IMG/VR virus record: IMGVR_UViG_3300037462_000290
Location: 1-43,878 of that record
Reading direction: 5' to 3' (one strand)
From: a virus
Taxonomy: Duplodnaviria > Caudoviricetes
Length of the DNA stretch: 43,878 nucleotides
Part shown: in pieces, positions 7,794-16,083 of the stretch
How positions within the stretch are numbered: position 1 is the stretch's first letter
Layout: each line of letters opens with the position of its first letter
Position numbers and translations under genes: made by a program
Notes under the pieces: model-generated
What the model was told of the DNA's origin: nothing
Seen by the model: the letters and a program-made list of their open reading frames with translations, nothing else
Database searches by the model: none

Positions 7794-8423
7794 ATGCGCT
7801 GGTCAACGTGCGTGTGGGTGGTGGTGTTGGGTGTTGCCGCGGGTGGGCTGGTGGGCTGTGGCCGCGAGAGTGCGGGGCTTGCTGCGGGTACGCCCGGCGA
7901 GTCTGCGGGGGCCGACGCGGCGCGCTGGGCGCGGGAGGGCGAGCGCTTGACCGCTGAGTTCGAGGCGGCGCTGAAGGCTGAGGACTATCAGCGGGCCTAT
8001 GAGGTGCTGGCGCCTGTGCGCTCGGCGATGCCAGCGGAGCTACGCGGGCGCCATCGGTTTGCCGAGCGGCAGCTGATGCGTGCAGGGGAAGAGCGCGCGG
8101 CGCAAGCGGCTGCCGAGCGGGCTGCAGAGGCGCAGCGTGTGGCAGCTGCGCGGGCGGTAGAGCAGGCCCGAGTGCAGCGCATCGGCCCAGCGCCTGTGAT
8201 GTCTGCGTGGGACGGCGGCTACTACGAGGTGCAGCGGTACCTGAAGCGGCTGCTGCACGATCCGGACAGCCTGACGTTCGAGGGCTGCACGCGGCCGGTG
8301 CCGCGCGAGGACGGCTGGGGCGTGATCTGCGAGTACCGGGCCCGCAATGGGTTCGGGGCGCTGCGCAAGGAGGTCGGAACCTTCGTGATCCGCGAAGGTG
8401 AGGTGGTGGCCAAGCTGGACTGA
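7794..8423 (+). CDS. Predicted lipoprotein in the immunity region (superinfection-exclusion candidate)
   Basis: Hydrophobic signal ending LVG-C, helical middle, C-terminal domain with YRARNGFGA; converges on cI. Confidence 0.65.
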   Translation: MRWSTCVWVVVLGVAAGGLVGCGRESAGLAAGTPGESAGADAARWAREGERLTAEFEAALKAEDYQRAYEVLAPVRSAMPAELRGRHRFAERQLMRAGEERAAQAAAERAAEAQRVAAARAVEQARVQRIGPAPVMSAWDGGYYEVQRYLKRLLHDPDSLTFEGCTRPVPREDGWGVICEYRARNGFGALRKEVGTFVIREGEVVAKLD

Positions 8424-9119
8424 TCAGTCGTCCCAGTTGGCGTACCAGCGCATGCGGCCGAGCACGCGGAAGTCCGGGTCGGCTTCGGGCACGATGCGGT
8501 CCTGGTATTCGGGGTTGGTCTTGTTGTCGCTGGTGACGCGCACGGTGCCGGGCGCTTCGCGGAACAGGCGCTTCAGCAGGGTGTCTTCGCCCCACTGAAT
8601 CACGTAGACCTTGCCGCTGCGGATGTGGGTGTCGGTGGTGTCGAACAGCACCACGGCGCCGTCGGTGACGCGCGGGGCCATGCTGTCGCCGGTGACGTAG
8701 AAGCAGTGCGCGGCCTCGGGTGTGATGCCCTGCTTGCGCAGCGATCGCTCGCGGAACAGCAGGCTGCCGCGCTGGCCGTTGCCATGTTCGTTGATGGCGG
8801 TGATGCCGGCTGCGGCACGTGCGTCCCATAGCGGGATCTCGACATTGACGCTGTAGTCGGTGCGGTCTTCCTTGACGACGTAGCCAGGCGCTGGTGCCTT
8901 GGCTGGCGCCTCTCCGCCGTGCATCAGGTAGGCGGGCGCGACGCCCAACAGTTCGGACAGGCCCAGCAGCGTCGAGGCGCGCAGGGTGTCGGCGCCCGTG
9001 GTGCCGCTGGTGATGTTGTACAGGGTCTGCTTCGTGACCCCGACTCGGCGGGCGATCTCGGGTACCGAGAGCTCGCTCGCGGCCATAAGTCTTTGAAGGC
9101 GTTCGGCTAGCGTTTCCAT
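8424..9119 (-). CDS. cI: CI-like repressor (XRE HTH plus S24 peptidase)
   Basis: METLAERLQRLM...IARRVGVTKQTLYNI HTH; VTGDSMAP (catalytic Ser) and LLKRL (Lys); divergent from cro. Confidence 0.92.
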   Translation of the reverse strand: METLAERLQRLMAASELSVPEIARRVGVTKQTLYNITSGTTGADTLRASTLLGLSELLGVAPAYLMHGGEAPAKAPAPGYVVKEDRTDYSVNVEIPLWDARAAAGITAINEHGNGQRGSLLFRERSLRKQGITPEAAHCFYVTGDSMAPRVTDGAVVLFDTTDTHIRSGKVYVIQWGEDTLLKRLFREAPGTVRVTSDNKTNPEYQDRIVPEADPDFRVLGRMRWYANWDD

Positions 9120-9184
9120 GTCAAGCATTCTTGACGCTTTGCCGCAAAGCGTGCTTGACCGGCGATAGTCAAGCGCTCTAGACT
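9120..9184. promoter_or_regulatory. OR operators (three, 24-bp period) with PR
   Basis: GTCAAGCATTCTTGAC 9120-9135, GCAAAGCGTGCTTGAC 9144-9159, GTCAAGCGCTCTAGAC 9168-9183; TTGACC 9155-9160 and TAGACT 9179-9184, 18-bp spacer. Confidence 0.85.
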
Positions 9185-9192
9185 CCGCGAGC

Positions 9193-9420
9193 ATGACTAC
9201 CTCCAAAGCGGAAGCAAAGCGGCTGCTGGGCATCGAAACCGACGCGGATCTGGCGCGGTTCTTCGGCGTGACGCGAAACGCGGCGAACCTGTGGGGCGAG
9301 GACGATCCGCTGCCCGATGCCCGCCAGTGGCAGCTGCGCGCGCTGCGCCCCGACCTGTTCCCCACGCCCGCCCAACCCACCACCCCCGCGCCCAGCGCGG
9401 CCGAACAGAGGGCGGCGTGA
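9193..9420 (+). CDS. cro: Cro-like repressor
   Basis: 75 aa, DLARFFGVTRNAANLWG HTH and RQWQL..LRPDLF tail; divergent from cI. Confidence 0.85.
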   Translation: MTTSKAEAKRLLGIETDADLARFFGVTRNAANLWGEDDPLPDARQWQLRALRPDLFPTPAQPTTPAPSAAEQRAA

Positions 9421-9421
9421 G

Positions 9422-9619
9422 ATGAAGCCGAAGCCTTCGTACAGCCGATTTGTGCTGAGCCAGCTGCGCGCGATGGCCGGAGCGTACGGGCTCAGCTTCC
9501 GGGCAGTGCGTCGAGCAGCGAAAGCCGAACTTCGGCGTACGCCTCGCGCAGACCGTCGTCCGCCTGCAGGGCCTGCTGGGTCAGCAGGATCTGATCCGGA
9601 ACCGAGAGGAAGTGCATGA
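9422..9619 (+). CDS. Possible short basic ORF after cro
   Basis: ATG directly after the cro stop; overlaps an antisense ORF, so uncertain. Confidence 0.3.
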   Translation: MKPKPSYSRFVLSQLRAMAGAYGLSFRAVRRAAKAELRRTPRADRRPPAGPAGSAGSDPEPRGSA

Positions 9620-9752
9620 ACATCGCGCGGATCTCGGCAGGCCTGGGGTGTGTGGCCATCAATGCGTGCACGGCTGCACTCAGCGCCATGTATTGGCCGG
9701 TAGCGATCTGGCGGGCCTGCGCTTCGGTCGCTGGTTCGTCGTCGTTGATCAC
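9492..9752 (-). CDS. Hypothetical helical protein, antisense to the right operon
   Basis: 86 aa with protein-like composition; GGAGG RBS before GTG 9752. Confidence 0.55.
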   Translation of the reverse strand: MINDDEPATEAQARQIATGQYMALSAAVHALMATHPRPAEIRAMFMHFLSVPDQILLTQQALQADDGLREAYAEVRLSLLDALPGS

Positions 9753-9831
9753 GGCGCCCTCCGCTGGGCTGGTCGGTCTGGAAACCCCAGCGTATCAGCG
9801 GCAGGGCGCCGCTTACTTCGGAGGTTGACAG

Positions 9832-10506
9832 ATGCCCATGGTGACCGTGGTGGCAAGCAATGGTGCGGGCGCGACCTGCGAGTTGCGCGTGGCGCTGTAC
9901 CGCAGCGGCTGCATCCAGCAGCGGTGGACGATAGAGCAGGCGGACGATGTGCTGCGTATCCGTGGCGAGTCTGTCGGCATCGTGCTGGTGATCAGCCGCA
10001 CCAGGAAAGAATTTGCACCGCTGAATCCGGCGACGGATACGGAGTACTTCCGAATCCTCTCTGCCGACCTTGAGTTCGCGCTGGAGCGGCTGGGCGGGGT
10101 GGTGTGCTTTGAGACGGCGCCGGAGTTGGCCCCGCTGAATCCGCATGAGTCCGCCGAGCTTGAGGTGCGCATCGATGCCGCGCGTTCGCGGCTTGCGCAG
10201 GCCAAGTACGAGCTTCGCCAGCTGGAGATCGAAAAGGTTGCGGGGTTTGCCGCGGGCGAGTGGCGCGTCAGCGCGCCTAAGGCGGCTGACGCTGAGGCTG
10301 ATCAGGTGCACACGCGCATCAACGAGTCTCTCGCCGCTGTTCAGGCGCCGGCTTCTGTCGAGCTCGCCGCCGATCGCACGCTCGAATTGCGCGTCGAGAT
10401 CGGCGGCTTTGAGGGCGTGACGGTGTGCGTCGACCACATCGCGCCCGCGGACTTCGGCGCGGTGTGCCGTTCGGTGCGCGCTGCGTTCCTGGCCGACAAG
10501 GCCTGA
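9832..10506 (+). CDS. Hypothetical protein
   Basis: 224-aa ORF with GGAGG RBS. Confidence 0.55.
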   Translation: MPMVTVVASNGAGATCELRVALYRSGCIQQRWTIEQADDVLRIRGESVGIVLVISRTRKEFAPLNPATDTEYFRILSADLEFALERLGGVVCFETAPELAPLNPHESAELEVRIDAARSRLAQAKYELRQLEIEKVAGFAAGEWRVSAPKAADAEADQVHTRINESLAAVQAPASVELAADRTLELRVEIGGFEGVTVCVDHIAPADFGAVCRSVRAAFLADKA

Positions 10507-10511
10507 CCCAT

Positions 10512-10611
10512 GTCCCGCCCCTCCCTGCAACGCAGTTCCGCCCCCGCCCTGCGCGGGTGCACTGCGACCCCCTGCGCGGTGCGCCTGGGGGAGGGGTGGG
10601 GCTTCTTCGTT
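10512..10611 (+). terminator. Large branched hairpin with U-rich tail (tR-like terminator/attenuator candidate)
   Basis: 14-bp stem 10512-10525/10589-10602 enclosing an inner stem 10531-10536/10561-10566, followed by TTCTTCGTT. Confidence 0.45.
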
Positions 10612-10675
10612 TCGGGTGGCGGTGTGCATGCCCCCTTTTTGCCCGCTGGGCGTTGATCAACGCGAGTCAATCCGC

Positions 10676-11089
10676 ATGACCCCCATTGCGCTACCCCTGA
10701 AGGCCCACCCTGTCCACATTGATCTGGATGAGATCGCACGCCAGCCGTCGGGTGCGGCGTGCTTGTCGCTGGCGGCTAGCAAGGCCGGCAAGCAGGACAA
10801 GGCGATCGCGGCGGACCTGGGCATGCAGGATTCGGTGTGGAGCCGCTGCAAGTCGGGCCAGAACAGCCTGAGCCCTGAGCAGTTGGTGGCGCTGTGCGAG
10901 GTCACCGGCACGCTGGCGCCGATCGCGTGGATGCTGATTCGCCTGGGCTTCGATCCGCGCAGCCTGCGCCGGATGGAGAGCGAGCTCGAAACCCAGAACC
11001 GCGAGCTGCGGGAGCGGGTAGAGGCAATGGAGCGCGAGCGCGAGATCGAGCGGCGGCTGGTGCGGGATCTGATGGGGCGGGCTGCCTGA
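10676..11089 (+). CDS. CII-like HTH regulator
   Basis: KAIAADLGMQDSVWSRCKSG HTH plus C-terminal coiled coil; lies between cro and replication genes. Confidence 0.7.
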   Translation: MTPIALPLKAHPVHIDLDEIARQPSGAACLSLAASKAGKQDKAIAADLGMQDSVWSRCKSGQNSLSPEQLVALCEVTGTLAPIAWMLIRLGFDPRSLRRMESELETQNRELRERVEAMEREREIERRLVRDLMGRAA

Positions 11090-11724
11090 TGGCCGCGCCG
11101 AAGCGCCAGTGGCTGAGTGCGGGCCGCTGCATGGCGTTCGCGCTGTGGGCGGTGGAGCACCGCGAGCTGGCTGACGATGTGCACGCGGTGCGGGCGGCGA
11201 TGCGCTGCACGGAGCCGCAGGCGCATGCGCTGATGCGGGGGCTGCGCGAGGCGCGTAAGCGTCCGGCGCGGCCGCCGAAGGCGAGGGCTGTGCGAAGGCG
11301 GGCGGAGCGTGCCGCTGCTTTCGACGGCGGTGGAATGCTGCAGCGGCTGAATGATCTAGATGCGCTGTCGGCTGCGTTGCAGCCGAGCGCTGGCGTGCGC
11401 CGCAACGTGATGTTCCCGTTTCCCGTCCAGCCGGTTGGTGCATCGCTCTCGCGTGCTTGCCCGGCGATGGCGCCGCAATGGTATCGAGGGCCTGTGTGCG
11501 CGGATCTTGGCGGTGAGCCCGACGTCGCCGACTACGTGGCGGCGTCTGTGCGCGCCGCTGAGCTACGTGCGCGCGAGTCCAAGCCGGCGCGCTGCTTCGA
11601 TGGGCACCGCACCTGCCAGCACGCGCACCTGGGCATCGGTGGGCAGTGCGAGCCGGGCCGGTGTCGAGTCGAAGAGCACGACCGGCAGGTGGCCGCGGGT
11701 GTGGAGTTCCCGGCTTATGGGTAA
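11089..11724 (+). CDS. Hypothetical protein with C-terminal Cys/His cluster
   Basis: TGATG-coupled start; CFDGHRTCQHAH...CEPGRC. Confidence 0.5.
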   Translation: MAAPKRQWLSAGRCMAFALWAVEHRELADDVHAVRAAMRCTEPQAHALMRGLREARKRPARPPKARAVRRRAERAAAFDGGGMLQRLNDLDALSAALQPSAGVRRNVMFPFPVQPVGASLSRACPAMAPQWYRGPVCADLGGEPDVADYVAASVRAAELRARESKPARCFDGHRTCQHAHLGIGGQCEPGRCRVEEHDRQVAAGVEFPAYG

Positions 11725-11905
11725 GCGCACGCTGCCGCCGCTGGCGGACCCGAAGCGCCGCAAGTACGCGTTGCGCCACGTCAAGCGCAACCAGCTTGAC
11801 GAAGAGCGCCGGGCGCTGCGGGCGTTGACGCCTGAGCAGGTCAAGCACCAGCTGGAGCGGCTGGCTGAGGCGCGGCGTGCGGCTGGGCTGGAGGGCGAGG
11901 CTTGA
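11717..11905 (+). CDS. Hypothetical basic protein (62 aa)
   Basis: MGKRTLPPLADPKRRK...; overlaps both neighbours. Confidence 0.55.
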   Translation: MGKRTLPPLADPKRRKYALRHVKRNQLDEERRALRALTPEQVKHQLERLAEARRAAGLEGEA

Positions 11906-12807
11906 GCGGTCCCGACGGTCACTGGTACGCGGAAGAGGATGCGGCGCTGCACGAGCTGCCGCTGATCGCGAGGCTGATCTACCTGCAGGGTCTGCGCCGC
12001 TTCATGTGCGGGCGGACGTTCCGCGTGGGTGAGCCTGGGCGACGCACGGTGACCTACCGCAGCCTGGCCGAGACGGTGACGGTGCCTGCCGTGCGTGGCC
12101 GCCATAGCGGGGATGAGACGACGCCCAGCGAGAAGACGATCCGGCATGCGCTCGATGTGCTGGTGGAGTCGGGGCTGCTGCAGCGTGTGCCTGGCTTTCA
12201 GGGCCGCCTCGTTTTTCGATGTGCGATCGCGGCTCAGTGTCATCAGGTCCGCAGGATGAGGGGCGGATCAGGGGCGGGATCAGGGGACCCCATGAGGGGC
12301 GGCGAAGAATCCAGCAGTGATGCGGGTTCCGAGGCGATGAGGGGCGGGATGAGGGGCACCCCTGATGCGCCGATGACGGGCGCACAACAGAGAACAGATA
12401 ACAGCTACTCCGTAGTAGAGCCCGAGGGAGAGGGTGAGTACTCGCGCGTGACGCCGACTGTGGCCGGTGCGCTGTGCCGCCGCCTGCGGGCTGCCGGGGT
12501 GCAGGGTGCACAGCCCAACCACCCGCGGCTGCTGGAGGCGCTGGGGGAGGGCATCAGCCCCGAGGCGATCGAGGCCGTGGCCACAGAGCTGGTCAGCAAG
12601 GGGCAGGGGCCGCCCAAGCTGGCCTACGTGGTGGCGACGGCGAGGGGCAGGGCAAAGGACAGCAAGGGACACGGCAATGGGTCTGGAGCGGGTAAGCGAG
12701 GCGGGTCTGCAGCAGAGCGTGTCGACCGCGCTTTCGAGCGCGGCGAGCAGCTCGCACGCGAGCGGGTCACCGGGCTGCGCGTCATCCATGGAGGCCGAGA
12801 GGCGTAG
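11902..12807 (+). CDS. Replication initiator (lambda O-like organisation)
   Basis: N-terminal wHTH (EKTIRHALDVLVESGLL), central iteron-encoded linker, C-terminal helical domain. Confidence 0.75.
   Translation: MSGPDGHWYAEEDAALHELPLIARLIYLQGLRRFMCGRTFRVGEPGRRTVTYRSLAETVTVPAVRGRHSGDETTPSEKTIRHALDVLVESGLLQRVPGFQGRLVFRCAIAAQCHQVRRMRGGSGAGSGDPMRGGEESSSDAGSEAMRGGMRGTPDAPMTGAQQRTDNSYSVVEPEGEGEYSRVTPTVAGALCRRLRAAGVQGAQPNHPRLLEALGEGISPEAIEAVATELVSKGQGPPKLAYVVATARGRAKDSKGHGNGSGAGKRGGSAAERVDRAFERGEQLARERVTGLRVIHGGREA
12255..12405 (+). repeat. Iterons and adjacent A-rich segment (replication origin)
   Basis: GAT(G/C)AGGGGC-like copies at 12255, 12266, 12278, 12291, 12336, 12348, 12372, then CAACAGAGAACAGATAACAG. 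Confidence 0.75.
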
Positions 12808-13402
12808 GGCGGTTCTGCGACGCATGTGGGTGCGCATGGCTGCGATCTACCCGCACCGGTGGGTAACGGGCGTGGGTGAGTCGCCCGAGCGCGAGGACGG
12901 CCGGCTGAAGCCGCAGGGCGATGAGTGGATGCGTGCCATCGCAGGCCTCAGCGATGACCAGATCGCGGCCGGGCTTGAGGCCTGCCGCCTGCACGGCACG
13001 CCCTACGTGCCGACGCCTGCCGAGTTCCGGGGCCGGTGCCTGGGCATCCCCGAGCTGGCGGTGGTGCGCGATGAGATCGACACGCGCACGTACTCGCGCT
13101 TCACGCTGCTGGTCCTGCGTGGTGGTGTCGACATCAACGGCGTGCGTTGGCCTGGCCTGGACTGGTCGCGCTACCGCAGCGAGCCCGCAGCCTCGGCCAT
13201 GCGCCTGCTCGATCAGACCTATCGCCGAGCGCACGACCATGTGATGCGAGGTGGCGAGCTGCCCGAGCTGCCGGTCGCTGCGATCGAGGAAGAGCCGCGG
13301 CAGTTCAAGCCGGCCGATCCGGCAAAGGTCGCCGACCACTTCGCCCAGCTCGAACGCCTGCTCGGCGTCGGCCGGCCCGAGTCGCCGGGGTCGCCCGCGT
13401 GA
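12788..13402 (+). CDS. Replication protein P-like (helicase loader candidate)
   Basis: MWVRMAAIYPHRW...W...IAGLSDDQIAAGLEAC...PTPAEFRGRC, directly after the initiator. Confidence 0.7.
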   Translation: MEAERRRAVLRRMWVRMAAIYPHRWVTGVGESPEREDGRLKPQGDEWMRAIAGLSDDQIAAGLEACRLHGTPYVPTPAEFRGRCLGIPELAVVRDEIDTRTYSRFTLLVLRGGVDINGVRWPGLDWSRYRSEPAASAMRLLDQTYRRAHDHVMRGGELPELPVAAIEEEPRQFKPADPAKVADHFAQLERLLGVGRPESPGSPA

Positions 13403-13441
13403 AGACGAACCTGAACGAATATGTGAAGTCGAACCTGAACG
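13399..13441 (+). repeat. 19-bp direct repeat pair, 24-bp period
   Basis: GTGAAGACGAACCTGAACG 13399-13417 and GTGAAGTCGAACCTGAACG 13423-13441. Confidence 0.75.
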
Positions 13442-13444
13442 GAC

Positions 13445-13487
13445 GGGTCCTCCCCCGGTTTTGGCGATGCGGGTTGCATGGCCGCAA
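13445..13487 (+). other. Candidate cos site (cosQ plus cosN-like dyad)
   Basis: GGGTCCT at 13445-13451 equals lambda cosQ; TGCG-N11-CGCA dyad at 13468-13486; directly upstream of terS. Confidence 0.55.
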
Positions 13488-13540
13488 AAGCCGGCTAGGT
13501 GCAGGGTTCTGCGACCGGTTATGCCGGGGCGGGTGAGGTT

Positions 13541-14113
13541 ATGACCACGGCCATCGACAACGCCAAGACCATGACGGTCACCGAGTACGCGGGCCACCGC
13601 GGTGTCAGCCAGCCGCTGATCAGCCGGTGGAAGTCGCAGGGCCGGCTGGTGTTGGACTCGAGCGGCCGCATCCTGGTGCGCGCCTCTGATCTGGTGCTCG
13701 ACCAGGACATGCACCCGACGAAAGGCGGCCGCGCTGGATCTCGGGCTGCGAGCGAGCCGGCCGCGCCATCGCCTTCGGCTGCCGGCAGTGATGACCGCCC
13801 AGGGCAAGGCGAAGGCGATGAGCTGTCGCTGGCGAACGCGGCACGGCTGGAGAAGGTGCAGAAGGTCCGCCTGCTGCACATGGAAATCGAAGAGAAGGCC
13901 GGCAACCTGGTCAGCCGCTCCGACGTCGAGCGCACCGCCTTCGACCTGGCGCGGCGCGGGCAGGAAGCGCTGATGGGCATCGCCGATCGCCTGTCTCCGC
14001 AGCTGGCCGCCGAGTCGGATCCGCACCGCGTGCACGTGCTGCTGAGCGATGAGCTGCGCCGCGTGTGCGAGTTGATCGCCTCGCTCGAACCCCAGCAGGC
14101 CGTCGCCGCATGA
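13541..14113 (+). CDS. terS: Terminase small subunit (Nu1-like)
   Basis: N-terminal HTH TVTEYAGHRGVSQPLISRWK, coiled coil with GNLV, IADRL; upstream of terL. Confidence 0.85.
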   Translation: MTTAIDNAKTMTVTEYAGHRGVSQPLISRWKSQGRLVLDSSGRILVRASDLVLDQDMHPTKGGRAGSRAASEPAAPSPSAAGSDDRPGQGEGDELSLANAARLEKVQKVRLLHMEIEEKAGNLVSRSDVERTAFDLARRGQEALMGIADRLSPQLAAESDPHRVHVLLSDELRRVCELIASLEPQQAVAA

Positions 14114-16083
14114 CCCTCGACGTCATGCTCGCCATGGGCGCCGATCCGCTGCCGATCGCCGACGGCGTCGAGGCGTTCCGCGCCGGTTGGTCGAAGGGCT
14201 GGAGCATCCCGGCTCCGATGACAGTTGCCGAGTGGGCCGACGAATACCGCGTGCTGCCGCGCGCCGGTGGCAACGAGTCCGGCCCCTGGCGGACCAGCCG
14301 CACGCCCTACATGCGCGAGCTGATGGAGTGCCTGAGCGCACGGTCACCGGTGCGAGAAGTCGTGTTCATGAAGTCCTCGCAGGTCGGCGGTACCGAGGCC
14401 CTGCTCAACTGGTGCGGCTACGTCATCCACCACGCGCCGGCGCCGATGATGGTGGTGCAGCCCACGGTGCAGATGGGCGAAGAGTGGAGCAAGCAGCGGC
14501 TGGCGAACATGATCGCCGAGAGCCCCGCGCTGGCCGAGATCCTGCCGCCGTCGAAGGCGCGCGACAGCGGCAACACCACGCTGAGCAAGTCCTTTCCGGC
14601 AGGCCACCTGTTCATCGCAGGCGCCAACAGCTCGAGCACGCTGCGCTCCAAGCCGGTCAAGTTCCTGGCCATGGATGAGATCGACGAATACCCCGACGAC
14701 CTCAACGACCAGGGCGGCGCGATCGAGCTCGCGGAGCGCCGCACCACCACCTTCCCCGGTCGCAAGATCCTCAAAGTCAGCACGCCCACGGTGAAGGGCG
14801 CCAGCAACATCGAGCGCGCGTTCATGGCCGGCGACCAGCGCCGCTACCACGTGCCGTGCCCGCACTGTGGCGTGCACCAGCGCCTGGTGATCGAACAGCT
14901 CACCGAGGACGGCCAGTACCTGTGCGAGCACTGCGGCACGCTGATCGCCGAGCACCACAAGCCCGCCATGCTCGCGGCCGGCGAGTGGATTCCGGACAAC
15001 CCGGGCGCCGCCATCCGCAGCTACCACATCAACGCGCTCTACTCGCCGATCGGCCTCGGCGACACCTGGGCGGAGATTGCTCAGCAGCGCACGCGCGCCC
15101 GCACCGATGCCGACTTCGCCATCACCTTCACCAACACCATCCTCGGCGAGACCTACGAAAGCGAAAGCCAGAAGGTCGACAGCAGCGAGCTGCTGGAACG
15201 CCGCGAAGCCTGGAAGCGCCGCACACTGCCAGCCGGCTGCCTGGTGCTGACCGTCGGCATCGACGTCCAGCACAACCGCTGGTCGGTGCTGGTCTGCGGC
15301 TGGGGCCGCGGCGAGGTGTGCTGGTTTGTCGACTGGGTCGAAGTGCCGGGCGACCCCACTCGCGAGGAAGACTGGGACGCGCTCGAGGATGTCGTTTTCG
15401 CGCCCATCGCCAACCGCTGCGGCGTGCCGCTGCGGCCCGAGGTGGTCGCCATCGACTCCGGCAACTGGACGCACGAGGTCTACAACTGGGCGCGCAAGAA
15501 CGCCGCGCGTGGCGTCATCGCCATCAAGGGCAGCAAAGACCCGACCAAACCGATCATCGGCCGCCCAACCCTGCAGGACGTCAACTGGCGCGGCCGCATT
15601 CAGCGCCACGGCGTGCAGCTGTGGACGCTGGGCGTCAACACCACGAAGACCACGCTCTTCGCCCGACTGATGGGCGACGCTGGCGCCGATGCCGACAAGC
15701 GCCGCTGCCACATCCCGGACGACATGCCCGAAGAGTTCTTCCGCCAGATCACAAGCGAGCGCTACGACCTCACGCTCAAGCGCTGGGTGGTCCGCGACAA
15801 GTCCGTGCGCAACGAGGCCTTCGACTGCTGGGTCTACGCCTACGCCGCCGCCGTGCACCCGCGTGTGCGCCTGCATGTCCGGCGCGATGCCGACTGGGCC
15901 GCGCTGGAGTCGAAGGTCGAGCCCGCGGTGATGGATCTGTTCACGGCGTCAGGTGACGGCCCGCCGCGCCCGGCCTCCCAGTCCGCGCCGCCACCTGCCG
16001 CCGTGTTCAAGCCGGCGGATGCGCCGAGGTCTCTCGCGCCCGCCACCCCCGTCGCATCCGATGCCTGGAGCCGCCGCCTATGA
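14110..16083 (+). CDS. terL: Terminase large subunit, lambda gpA family
   Basis: VAEWAD, GPWRTSRTPY, KSSQVGGTE, MDEIDEY, VSTPT, CPHC..CEHC, GIDVQ, IDSG, RNEAFDCWVYA. Confidence 0.95.
   Translation: MTLDVMLAMGADPLPIADGVEAFRAGWSKGWSIPAPMTVAEWADEYRVLPRAGGNESGPWRTSRTPYMRELMECLSARSPVREVVFMKSSQVGGTEALLNWCGYVIHHAPAPMMVVQPTVQMGEEWSKQRLANMIAESPALAEILPPSKARDSGNTTLSKSFPAGHLFIAGANSSSTLRSKPVKFLAMDEIDEYPDDLNDQGGAIELAERRTTTFPGRKILKVSTPTVKGASNIERAFMAGDQRRYHVPCPHCGVHQRLVIEQLTEDGQYLCEHCGTLIAEHHKPAMLAAGEWIPDNPGAAIRSYHINALYSPIGLGDTWAEIAQQRTRARTDADFAITFTNTILGETYESESQKVDSSELLERREAWKRRTLPAGCLVLTVGIDVQHNRWSVLVCGWGRGEVCWFVDWVEVPGDPTREEDWDALEDVVFAPIANRCGVPLRPEVVAIDSGNWTHEVYNWARKNAARGVIAIKGSKDPTKPIIGRPTLQDVNWRGRIQRHGVQLWTLGVNTTKTTLFARLMGDAGADADKRRCHIPDDMPEEFFRQITSERYDLTLKRWVVRDKSVRNEAFDCWVYAYAAAVHPRVRLHVRRDADWAALESKVEPAVMDLFTASGDGPPRPASQSAPPPAAVFKPADAPRSLAPATPVASDAWSRRL

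Noticed and set aside
8424-9383. ORF-track long starts for cI (9383), portal (16661), Dam (1885), C5 methylase (42468) and terL (14065)
   Set aside because: The extensions overlap neighbouring genes or operators and look non-coding; downstream coupled ATGs were used instead.
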